A stretch of 64,000 nt of DNA, from the NCBI GenBank assembly GCA_031263485.1, contig JAISFS010000131.1, positions 1,626 through 65,625 on the forward strand, given 5' to 3'. Position 1 is the first letter of the stretch. Every line of letters begins with the position of its first letter. Shown here in pieces: positions 20,112 to 29,035 of the stretch. This DNA is from Deltaproteobacteria bacterium (GTDB lineage: Bacteria; Desulfobacterota; Desulfarculia; Adiutricales; Adiutricaceae). A program made the position numbers and the translations under genes. The notes beneath the pieces are model-generated. The model did no database searches, had not been told where the DNA came from, and saw only the letters and a list, made by a program, of their open reading frames with translations.

Positions 20112-21413
20112 TCACTGCCCCGCCGCACGCGGAGGCGCGAGCTTGACGATCAGCGCGTCGGATTCCGCTTCCGCGCCCGGGGTCCCACCGGAGGGGTCTT
20201 TCGCCCTCCAGGCGAGATCGCCGTCCCGGGAGCCCGTCGAACCCGCGAGCGCGAGCCCGCCGTCGGCGAACGACGTTGCGGAATAGGCGGTCTCCTGGCC
20301 GCTCCCACCGTAATGGAAGGTCCACAGCCGCTCACCCCGTCCGTCCGTCATGACCGCCAGGATGTCCCTGTCGCCGTACTCGGGATCCTCCGGATCGGCT
20401 TTGCCGCCTGCGGCGAACACCCCGCCGGCGGATTCGGCGGCGGCGGCCAGCCACGAGGCTTCCACGTCGTCCAGGACCTTCTCCCACGCGGTCCGGCCGC
20501 CCTCGGCAAGCCTGAATATCCAACCGCGTTCGGTCCCGCCTGCGGACATGCCGCCGGCCCCCGCGAGCCCTCCGTCGGCCAGGGCCGCGACCGCGTCCGC
20601 GGAACGGCCCGCGCCTTCGTCCTCGGGGAATTCCGCCGTCCATCTCACGGCGCCGTCGGGGCCGATTTCTCCCGACACCGCGGCCGAGCCGCGCTCCTCG
20701 TCGATCCGGAGGCCCGTGAAGACGGCGCCCCCGTCCCCGGTCCCGGAGGCGCTCCGGGGCTCGAATCCGGATCCGCCGGTGCGCGGGCAGGAAATGTCGG
20801 TCGCGGGGCCTCCGGCGTCCAGGCGGATGACCAGGAGGTTGACCCCCTCCCCGCACCCCGGCCCGGCACTGGAGCCTTGAGCGCTCCCCACGACGAGGAA
20901 GCCGCCGTCACGGTTCTCGAAGGCGCCCAGGAGCCGCATGTGGCCGTCCGCCCCGAAGCCGTTGAGCCACGACTTGTTCCCGGACGGGTCCAGCCTCGCC
21001 ACGAACACGCCACCGCCCTTCGGCTGCCCGCCGAAATCCCCGTCCGCCGAATTGAAGTGCCCCGTCAGGATATAGCCGCCATCCGAGGTCTGGGCCACGT
21101 AGCCGGCTCCTTCCTCGTACCCGCCGCCGAAGGTCCTCTGCCACTCGAGGTTCCCTTCCCGGTCTAGCTTGGCGACCCAGGCGTCCCTGCCCCCGTGGTA
21201 GTTCGTCACGTCGCCGTCCTCCGAATCCGTCCAGCCCGCGGCGACGACGCCCCCGTCTCGGGTGGCCGCAACGGAAACGAACTCGTCCGAGGAGCTACCG
21301 CCGTAGGCCTTCGCCCATTCCACGGCGGGCGGATCTGCCGCGGATGCCGTCGCGGCCGGGAACGCGGCGGCCGCGAGCGCGGCCGCCGAGAGAATAATCG
21401 CTAGACGTGTCAT
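20112..21413 (-). CDS. Secreted repeat protein (beta-propeller-like DGG/W repeats)
   Basis: I chose the start at 21413 (MTRLAIILSAAALAAAAFPAATASA, a signal peptide with AxA). It has repeated motifs of the form DGG..[AL].G......GD.W[VI].[KR]LD..G...W. Confidence 0.8.
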   Translation of the reverse strand: MTRLAIILSAAALAAAAFPAATASAADPPAVEWAKAYGGSSSDEFVSVAATRDGGVVAAGWTDSEDGDVTNYHGGRDAWVAKLDREGNLEWQRTFGGGYEEGAGYVAQTSDGGYILTGHFNSADGDFGGQPKGGGVFVARLDPSGNKSWLNGFGADGHMRLLGAFENRDGGFLVVGSAQGSSAGPGCGEGVNLLVIRLDAGGPATDISCPRTGGSGFEPRSASGTGDGGAVFTGLRIDEERGSAAVSGEIGPDGAVRWTAEFPEDEGAGRSADAVAALADGGLAGAGGMSAGGTERGWIFRLAEGGRTAWEKVLDDVEASWLAAAAESAGGVFAAGGKADPEDPEYGDRDILAVMTDGRGERLWTFHYGGSGQETAYSATSFADGGLALAGSTGSRDGDLAWRAKDPSGGTPGAEAESDALIVKLAPPRAAGQ

Positions 21414-22721
21414 GTGTCGGCTCCTTGCGGCGTGCCGTCCGGGAAGCGGCCCGGGGCCGGGCGCATCGCGGTCGCCTGCGGCACGCGAACCGCATGGCGG
21501 TCCCCCGGAGGGCCCGCGGTCGGCGGCGGATGCCCTCAGGGCCGCGAAGAGCCCGGACTGACGCCTGTTTTGCAGATTATAGGCCGCGATGCCCCCAAAG
21601 GCAAAAAACCTTGCCGAGGCGACGACCAGGGAAGACATGTCGGCAATCCCCATGCCCACGCAGGCATCGCGTCCGACGGGGACTTGCCCTCAGTCGGCGT
21701 CCAGGGGGCCGGAATCCGCCGCGGGGCCTTAACCCGGCCCGGAACCGGGCTTGTTCCCCGAAGCCCCGAGCCCGTTGCCTGCGCCGAAGCGAGCCGTTGA
21801 GGCGTAAAAAAAAAACAAACCATTGAGCTCAACCAAAATTCCCCTTGAGCCCCTTGAGCTAAATGGAGTTCGGAGCCGGGTCAGTGAGAATAACCGGCCT
21901 GAAATCGAACCGTCGGGTTTTCGTTGAGAGTAATCGTCCACCTCCCCTCACACTCGTCTCCCCCACCCGGGACGGCCAGTCACCAGGCTCTTCGCGTAGC
22001 GTAGTCCTGCCCTGACCGCACCTCATGGACCGCACGGGGTCACATAGTCGTACCGCACGCCTGACTGTTCCGGACTTCCTCCAGACAATGCCGCCCGTGC
22101 AGGAATCACGGCTGCCGGCCGAACCGGGATAGGCACGGCCGGCGCCGGAAGCCCGCATCGGTTCCGGACGTTAAAAAGCTTTACGACCGATCGGTCTTGC
22201 ACCGTTTCCACCGTTCAGCAGAAGCGATCCGCCAGTCCTTCCCCCCACCCGCCCACGAACGCGCCACGCCACGCCACGCCACGCCGCCGGGTTGACCGAG
22301 GAAACCCCTTGCCGCTCCCCGAATCCCCCGGACCCGCCAAGACCATCCCGCCGTCCGGGCTCGCCCCCTCGCCGCAGGCCGCTGGCATGGAGATCATGCC
22401 ATAGCCGCAGTTCCCCGCAGGGGCCCTGAGATCCGTCGGGGACCTGCTCGACGGGGTGCCGCAGGCCGAGGAGGCGGAGCGCCTCGAGTTCCTGGCCCGG
22501 ATTGACCCGCCCCCCCTCGGAGCGCTTCTGCGGCTTCTCCGTGCGCATGAGGCCTGCGGAGTTGCCTCGGGCGCGTCCTTGAACCGGGACGTCGCATCGA
22601 CGGCAGGGTTCATGCTGCTCGGTTTCCTGGCGCGGATCGACGAGCCGGAGGATCCCCGGGAGAGGGCGTCCCGGCGCAGGGCGACGGCAATCCGCCTCAC
22701 AGTTGACATTTCCTGTTGTTT

Positions 22722-22830
22722 CTAATACACGATTATGGCGATTATCGACACCCCGGCGCATGATACCTTTCTGGGCATCGCAATATGATGCGTACCCAAT
22801 GCCGTGATGCTCAAGAAACGTTTCATGATA
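22722..22830 (+). repeat. Roughly 105-nt nested-hairpin repeat, copy A
   Basis: Shares ATCGACACCCCGGCGCATGA...CAATATGATGCG...GTGATGC.CAAGAAACGTTTCATGA with four other copies. It ends 34 nt before the coiled-coil gene. Confidence 0.8.
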
Positions 22831-22863
22831 AATAATCAATAAACAAGTGTGAGGTTAGCGCCT

Positions 22864-23190
22864 ATGTCCGAACAGGTTCAGGATACTCAGGAAGTCAGCC
22901 AGGGTTACGGCATATCATCGACACCGGCCCCGCCACCGGGAGCCTTCACGGCCTCCGCGATGGAGCTTGCCGTTAGGATGGGTAAACTCGAGGCGGCTGT
23001 GACCGGAATCAGGGAAGACATCAGCGGTATCTATAAGATAATCGATAAGGGATTTGGCGACATTACGGCCGAACTGGTCACCCAGAAAGGAGAACTGGGC
23101 AAAATCAAGAAGAGCATCGGCCATGTCTGGAAGGCGCTCGCGTTTTTCGCGGCGGCCTTGATCGCCTTGTTCGTCTTCATCTACGCATGA
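22864..23190 (+). CDS. Tail-anchored coiled-coil protein, paralog of 7404-7931
   Basis: GAGGTTAGCGCCT precedes the ATG, the same GAGGTTAGC context as at 7404. The N-terminal motif PPPGAFTASAMELAVRMGKLE aligns with PPPQGFFTPFEMQLAVKMEGLE. C-terminal TM helix ALAFFAAALIALFVFIY. Confidence 0.75.
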   Translation: MSEQVQDTQEVSQGYGISSTPAPPPGAFTASAMELAVRMGKLEAAVTGIREDISGIYKIIDKGFGDITAELVTQKGELGKIKKSIGHVWKALAFFAAALIALFVFIYA

Positions 23191-24167
23191 CAGGGTAAAA
23201 TCATCGAGCGACAAGGCAAGATCGCCATGCTACAAGGGAAGATTGAACAGATCCCGAGGGCGGTTGAATCGCTTCAGGCCAGAACGGCTCGGGCGGCGTT
23301 GCCTTGCACGCTTACGCGCCTCCCGCGGATGCGTCTGCCTTGGGCTATCCAGGGAGCGACCCGACAGGAGCTGCAATCACGGAAAACGCCTTGGACCCTG
23401 ACCGGAACCCCGGACGTGGCGCGACCGACCTACCATCCTCGGAAGCCGCCGGACAGGCCGGGACCGCCATGGTTGCCCAGATCACTGTCGCGAGGGGAGC
23501 CGGGACTCCCTCCGGCAGGAACCGGATCTCCGGAGAGTACTGACTCCCGCGATGCTCTGCCGAGGAGATCCCGGGAGCTTGCGCGGCATCGACCGTGAAA
23601 TCAATCCGGGCAGGGTGGCGTCCGCCACCCCGAGCCGGAACGGCTCAGCCCCGATACCTCCTTCAAGGCCGACTCCTGGACCGGGAGTACGGGCGGGCCT
23701 GCGGCGAGAGTGCGAACGCGAAAACTGAGGACAGCCAAATCTCTGGCCCGCCGCCCGCCGGATGCGCGGGAAAAGCCCCGCTGATGCCCCGCAGGATGTC
23801 ACGCGAAAGACTGAAGGCCAATCCCCGGGCCGACGGGACCAGAGCCCCGAGGCGTTCGGGACGGCCGTGCCCGGAGGGCTGTCCGGGTCGACCGCCCTTC
23901 CGGACCCCGCGCGTACCCGCGTTTCCGCTCCTTCCCCTTTCCCGCCCAAGCGATCAAGCGCTTTCGGCTCCTCCTGGTCACCGCGTTCCCCTGGTCCCCG
24001 GCGCCCACCCGCCGCCCTGCCGCGGACGCGGCGTTCGGCGGAGCCGAAGCCAGCGCCGACGGCCCCGTGTGGGCCTCCGAGGGCCCCGTGCCTGTATTTT
24101 TCAACCCGAAAGGGCTATCCTTTTGGAAGGGCCCCGTTGCCCACGGGGCCGCAGGGGGGCCAGAAGC

Positions 24168-25514
24168 ATGAGCCTTAACGACACGCCCAGCTCGAACAGG
24201 GTGCATATCGGCTTCTTCGGGAAGCGGAACGCGGGAAAGTCCAGTCTGGTGAACGCCGTGACCGGCCAGGACCTGGCCGTCGTCTCCGACGTGATGGGCA
24301 CCACCACCGATCCCGTCTACAAGGCGATGGAGCTCCTCCCGCTGGGACCGGTGGTGGTGATAGACACCCCCGGACTGGACGACGTGGGGTACCTGGGGGA
24401 GAAGCGGGTGAAAAAGGCCCGCCAGGTCCTGAACAAGACCGACGTGGCCGTGCTGGTGGCGGACGCCAGGGAGGGCCTGGGGCCCGAGGAACGGGGGCTC
24501 CTGGAGCTCTTCGCGGAGAAGGGCATCCCCAGGGTGGTGGCCTTCAACAAGTGCGACCTGCTGGACTCGCTGCCCGAGGCCGGGCCCGGCGAAATCTACG
24601 TCTCCGCCGTGGACCGCACCGGCATCCGGGAGCTCAAGGAGACGGTGGCCAGGCTCAACGTCTCGCCGGAGTCCAGGCTGAGGCTGGTGGGCGATCTCGT
24701 GAGCCCCTCCGATCTCGTGGTGCTGGTCATCCCCATCGACAAGGCCGCACCCAAGGGGAGGCTCATCCTGCCCCAGCAGCAGACCATCCGGGACATCCTG
24801 GAGGCGGACGCCTGCGCCGTGGTGGTGAAGGAGTTCGAGCTCCGCGAGCTATTCGGGTCGCTTTCGAAGCGGCCCCGCCTGGTCGTGACCGACAGCCAGG
24901 TCTTCGCCAAGGTGTCGGCGGACGTGCCGAAGGAAGTGCCGCTCACCTCGTTCTCCATCCTCTTCGCCCGCCAGAAGGGCATGCTGGACGCGGCCGCCCG
25001 CGGGGCGCTAGCCATCGACCGCCTCAGGGACGGCGACTCGGTGCTCATCTCCGAGGGCTGCACCCACCACCGCCAGTGCGACGACATCGGCACCGTGAAG
25101 CTCCCGCGCTGGATCCGCAACTACACCGGACGCAGGCTGGAGTTCGCGTGGAGCACGGGCGGGGACTTCCCCGAGGACCTGACGCCCTATGCTCTCGTTG
25201 TCCACTGCGGGGGCTGCATGTTGAACGATCGGGAGATGCGCCACCGGCTGCGACGCGCCCAGGCCGAGGGTGTCGCCATCACCAACTTCGGCACGGCCAT
25301 CGCCCAGATGCAGGGCATCCTCCGGCGGAGCCTGGAGATTTTCCCGCACCTGTCGCTGGAGTTCGAGGAGATCGAGGCCGAAGGCCGCGCGGAGGCGGCC
25401 AGGGCGGAGTCAGGACGGCCCGGGGACGGACAGCCGGGGGCCGGCCGGCCCGGCGCCTCTGGGACAGGCCCGGCCCCCGTCGGCAGGCCAGCGGAGGGCG
25501 ACGGTGCGCACTGA
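24168..25514 (+). CDS. hydF: [FeFe]-hydrogenase maturation GTPase HydF
   Basis: P-loop GKRNAGKSSL, then DTPG, NKCD, and the C-terminal cluster motif CTHH...HCGGC. I chose the ATG at 24168; the ORF-track start at 23595 adds a non-protein-like extension. Confidence 0.85.
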   Translation: MSLNDTPSSNRVHIGFFGKRNAGKSSLVNAVTGQDLAVVSDVMGTTTDPVYKAMELLPLGPVVVIDTPGLDDVGYLGEKRVKKARQVLNKTDVAVLVADAREGLGPEERGLLELFAEKGIPRVVAFNKCDLLDSLPEAGPGEIYVSAVDRTGIRELKETVARLNVSPESRLRLVGDLVSPSDLVVLVIPIDKAAPKGRLILPQQQTIRDILEADACAVVVKEFELRELFGSLSKRPRLVVTDSQVFAKVSADVPKEVPLTSFSILFARQKGMLDAAARGALAIDRLRDGDSVLISEGCTHHRQCDDIGTVKLPRWIRNYTGRRLEFAWSTGGDFPEDLTPYALVVHCGGCMLNDREMRHRLRRAQAEGVAITNFGTAIAQMQGILRRSLEIFPHLSLEFEEIEAEGRAEAARAESGRPGDGQPGAGRPGASGTGPAPVGRPAEGDGAH

Positions 25515-26991
25515 GACGGACGCCCTGGGTGCTGTGAGGATCCCCAAGCGCGCCCTGTACGGCATCCAGAGCCGGCGCGCCCGCGACAACTTCGCGCTCG
25601 CCGAATACCGGCCCGTGAACCTGAACCTCGTCAGGGCCATGGCCAAGGTCAAGAAGGCCGCGGCGCTGACTCACGCGGAGCTGGAACCCGGCCGCGCCGC
25701 CGTCTTCAACGCCGTGGCGGCCGCGGCCGACGCGGTCCTGGATGGCGCGGCCGCGGAGATGTTCATCGTGCCGGCGCTCCAGGGGGGCGCGGGCACCTCC
25801 ACCAACATGAACGTGAACGAGGTCCTGGCCAACCTGGCGCTCGTGGGCCTGGGCTTCGAACCCGGGAACTACGCCAGGGTCCACCCAATCGACGACGTGA
25901 ACCGCGGGCAGTCCACCAACGACGTCTACCCGACAGCGCTGAGGATAGCCGCGGTGGATCTCCTGCGCGAGCTCTCAGAGGAGGCGGCCTCGCTCCAGGA
26001 GGCGCTCCAGCGCCGCGAGAACGAGCTCCAGGACGTCGTGAAGCTGGGCCGCACCGAGCTCATGGACGCCGTGCCCGTGACCCTGGGCGGGGAGTTCGGG
26101 GCCTGGGCCCAGGCCGTGGCCAGGGACCGCTGGCGGCTCTACAAGATGGAGGAGCGTCTCCGCCAGGTGAACATCGGCGGCACGGCCGTGGGGCTCTCGC
26201 CGCTGTCCGAGCGGCGCTACCGCTTCGGGGTCATCGAGCGGCTCCGCGAGATTTGCGGGATAGGGCTCGCCGCGAGCGAGTACCCCATGGACGTGACCCA
26301 GAACAACGATGTCTTCTGCGAGGTCTCGGGCCTCTTGAAGGCTCTGGCCGTGAACCTCGCCAAGATTGCGGGGGACCTGCGCCTCATGGGCTCCGGCCCC
26401 GCCGGGGGCCTGGGCGAGATAAGGCTCGCGCCTCTCCAGATGGGGAGCACCTTCATGCCCGGCAAGGTGAACCCCGTCGTGCCGGAGCTCGCGCTGTCCG
26501 CCTCCATGAAGGTCATGGCCAACGACCTGGCGGTGACCGTGGCGGCCAGCCGCGGGGAGTTCGAGCTGAACGCCTTCCTGCCGGTCATTGCCGAGGCGCT
26601 TCTGGAGAGCCTGGAGATCCTGAGGGACGTGACGCGGATCTTCCGCGTCAGGTGCATCGAGACCCTCGCGCCCGACCCGGAGCGTTGCCGTGCGCTCCTG
26701 GAAGGCTCCATGGCCTTCGCCGCGGCATACTGGCCGCAGCTTGGTTACGAGAGGGTGGCGGCCGCCGTCCGTCTGGCGGAGGGCGACCCAGCCAGGGCCC
26801 GCGAGGCGCTGGAGGCCGCCCTGAAGGCCGGTTGCGGGCCGGACGCGCCTGGCGGGGCTGATTTGCCCGGAGTGCAGGGCGAGCCTGACGAAGTGCAGGG
26901 CGAGCCTGGCGGAGGGCGGGGCGAGCCTGACGGAGTGCAGGGCGAGCCTGGCGGAGGGCAGGGTGGCCCTGGGGTGGGGCAGGGCGATTGA
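25504..26991 (+). CDS. Aspartate ammonia-lyase / class II fumarase family protein
   Basis: GTG at 25504 overlaps the hydF stop by 11 nt. It is colinear with AspA from RTETDALG (compare RIEEDLLG): GAGTSTNMN, STNDVYPTA, GRTELMDAVP, SGPAGGLGEI, GSTFMPGKVNP. It has a Gly/Pro/Glu-rich repeat tail (VQGEPxxx). Confidence 0.85.
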   Translation: MRTETDALGAVRIPKRALYGIQSRRARDNFALAEYRPVNLNLVRAMAKVKKAAALTHAELEPGRAAVFNAVAAAADAVLDGAAAEMFIVPALQGGAGTSTNMNVNEVLANLALVGLGFEPGNYARVHPIDDVNRGQSTNDVYPTALRIAAVDLLRELSEEAASLQEALQRRENELQDVVKLGRTELMDAVPVTLGGEFGAWAQAVARDRWRLYKMEERLRQVNIGGTAVGLSPLSERRYRFGVIERLREICGIGLAASEYPMDVTQNNDVFCEVSGLLKALAVNLAKIAGDLRLMGSGPAGGLGEIRLAPLQMGSTFMPGKVNPVVPELALSASMKVMANDLAVTVAASRGEFELNAFLPVIAEALLESLEILRDVTRIFRVRCIETLAPDPERCRALLEGSMAFAAAYWPQLGYERVAAAVRLAEGDPARAREALEAALKAGCGPDAPGGADLPGVQGEPDEVQGEPGGGRGEPDGVQGEPGGGQGGPGVGQGD

Positions 26992-27308
26992 AGGGCGCGG
27001 CGCCACCTCTTGTCCGGCAGGTCGGTCCGCGTCCGGACGGCCGCCTTGCGCCGGATGCCGTCCGGCGCGGGCTTTTCGCGACAGGCCGCCAGTTCCCTTG
27101 GCCTTGCCTTTGATCCGCGCCAGACAGAAATATCCTCCGGCGCGTTGCGGCCCCCGTCCCGCAGAGTCCTCCGGCCCCCTAGGTCTTGCCCTGCAAGGAC
27201 CGATTCCCCGCCAGAGCCTTGACATGGACAAGGGCATGGCATATTCATGGCTCTGGCTTTTCCGCGCTTCAGAACCTCCCGAACCTCACGAAATTCCTTT
27301 CGTTGAAG

Positions 27309-27415
27309 ATACGTCCGCGGCGATTGTCAACACCCCGGCGCATGAAGCCCTTCGGGGGCCACGCGATATGTGTATGTGCCCAGGGACGTGATGATCATTC
27401 CGATGTATCGTGATA
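27309..27415 (+). repeat. Roughly 105-nt nested-hairpin repeat, copy B (3' half diverged)
   Basis: ATACG..GGCGATTGTCAACACCCCGGCGCATGAAGCC... It ends 23 nt before the ACT gene start. Confidence 0.7.
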
Positions 27416-27437
27416 GAACATTAAGGATTCTTCTTCA

Positions 27438-28001
27438 ATGGGCAGACTGCTCGCTACCGTCGTAGGCGTTGACCGCACCGGCATAGTCCATTCCGTCTCA
27501 AGCGTGCTCCTGGGGCACGGCTGCGCCCTCTCGGAGGTCTCGCAGACCACCCTGTTGGGCCAGTTCGCGGGCCTCTTCTCCTTCGCCGCGCCAGGAGGCC
27601 TGGACCGCGCCGTCCTGGCGGCGGACCTCAACCGGGCCCTCGAGGGCATGGGGATGACGGCCTGGGTCACCCCGATCGAAAGCGAGCCTACGGCGCCCGC
27701 CCCGGACTCCGAGCCCTACGTGATGACCTTGACTGGCCCAGACAGCCCTCGGCTCATCCCCACGGTCACCGGGGCCTTGGCATCCTTCGAGGCGAACATC
27801 GACAACCTCAGGTCCGTGGCCCTCTCCCCGCCCGAAGAGGGGATCTCCCCCGGGCCGGTGGTCCTGGTCCTCGAGATAACGGTACCCGCCGGCGTGAGCC
27901 AGAAGGCCTTCCGGCAGTCCCTGGCGCTCGCGGCGGAGGATCTGGGCATCGAGATCAGCCTCCAGCACAGGGACATCTTCGAGGCCATCCACCGTCTCTG
28001 A
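27438..28001 (+). CDS. Tandem ACT-domain protein (GcvR-like architecture)
   Basis: Two ACT-like units (LLATVVGVDRTGIVHSVSSVLLGHGCAL; YVMTLTGPDSPRLIPTVTGALASFEANI). Confidence 0.7.
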   Translation: MGRLLATVVGVDRTGIVHSVSSVLLGHGCALSEVSQTTLLGQFAGLFSFAAPGGLDRAVLAADLNRALEGMGMTAWVTPIESEPTAPAPDSEPYVMTLTGPDSPRLIPTVTGALASFEANIDNLRSVALSPPEEGISPGPVVLVLEITVPAGVSQKAFRQSLALAAEDLGIEISLQHRDIFEAIHRL

Positions 28002-28047
28002 GGCGCCCGCCAAGGCCCCGTCCCGTACCCCTGAGTCAAGGGGGCCT

Positions 28048-28153
28048 TATCATGAAACGTTTCTTGGGCACCACGGCCTTGGACACCCATCATATCGTGA
28101 TGGCTTCAAGGGTTTCATGCGCCTGGGGGTTAATAATAAACATGAACGTGTAG
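28048..28153 (-). repeat. Roughly 105-nt nested-hairpin repeat, copy C
   Basis: Reverse complement of the A/E consensus. It begins 47 nt after the ACT gene stop. Confidence 0.8.
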
Positions 28154-28385
28154 AGTCCCGAGCGCCTCGGGGAGCCAGGCTTCCGGCGAGCCCTGCCGTG
28201 AGAACTGAGATCGCCTGCGGCAGTCTTCGGGTCACATCGCGGGGCCGTAGCCTTGCCTCGCCGTCGCTCGTCCGGGTTGACAATGGCTCCGGCTTGGCTC
28301 CCGCATCGGGGATGGGTAGCCGGAGGGTTTCCGCGGGACGCCCCGGACCGTTTCCGGGAAGCCTCGCGCGGGGCCGAAGGCCGTT

Positions 28386-28492
28386 TGTCATGAGACGTCT
28401 TCTTGGGCGTCACGGCCTCGGACACCCGTAATATTTTGACGGCTTCAGGGGTCTCGTGCGCCGAGGTGTTGGCAATCAACTAGAACGTGTAG
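28386..28492 (-). repeat. Roughly 105-nt nested-hairpin repeat, copy D
   Basis: Same orientation as copy C. It carries paired substitutions in two stems. Confidence 0.8.
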
Positions 28493-29035
28493 GGAGGGGC
28501 GGGCTAGGGCGGCGACCCGGGCTGGGCCCGGCAACGGATCCCCTGTCAACGGCGCCCCGCCCGCCGGATCTAAAATTTGACATGCGGGGGCTCGGTAAGG
28601 TAAAGGTAAATCACGGGCAGACAAGGGATCGATCGGGTTCAGCGTTCCGGACCTAAAACGGCGGGATGGCGCGCGCGTGCGCTCCCATTCCGGACCGCCC
28701 TTCCCCAGGCTTCAAGCCTCCGTCTTCCGTTCCGGTCTCTGCCTCCTCCTTCCGAACCGGTCTCCACCTCAACCTTCCGCCTCCGTCCGTCCCTTCCCCG
28801 GCCTCCGGGCTTGCCCGGTCTGCGGGCTTTCCCCGGCGGGCGATGTTGCGGGCAGGCGCCGGAGTTCCGGAAACCTTGCGGCGGTCGCTGGCCGCCGCCC
28901 CTGGCCTCCTGGCGCCCTATGGGCGGGGCGCCGGAAACCTGCCGCCAGACCGTCCTCAGGCCCGGGCAATCTGGCGAGCGGTCGCGTTGTCCCGCAAGGG
29001 GCCCCCTGCGGCCGCGGCGAGGAGTCGCGCCTCCC

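Noticed and set aside
22456-22725. 89-aa ORF with an internal FLARID repeat
   Set aside because: It has a moderately GC-rich third position, but no ribosome-binding site and no recognisable motif, and it is overlapped by equally long antisense ORFs. The evidence is insufficient.
23595-24167. Long N-terminal extension of HydF given by the ORF track
   Set aside because: The extension is Pro/Arg/Gly-rich with no motif. The GTPase P-loop follows directly after ATG 24168, as in known HydF proteins.
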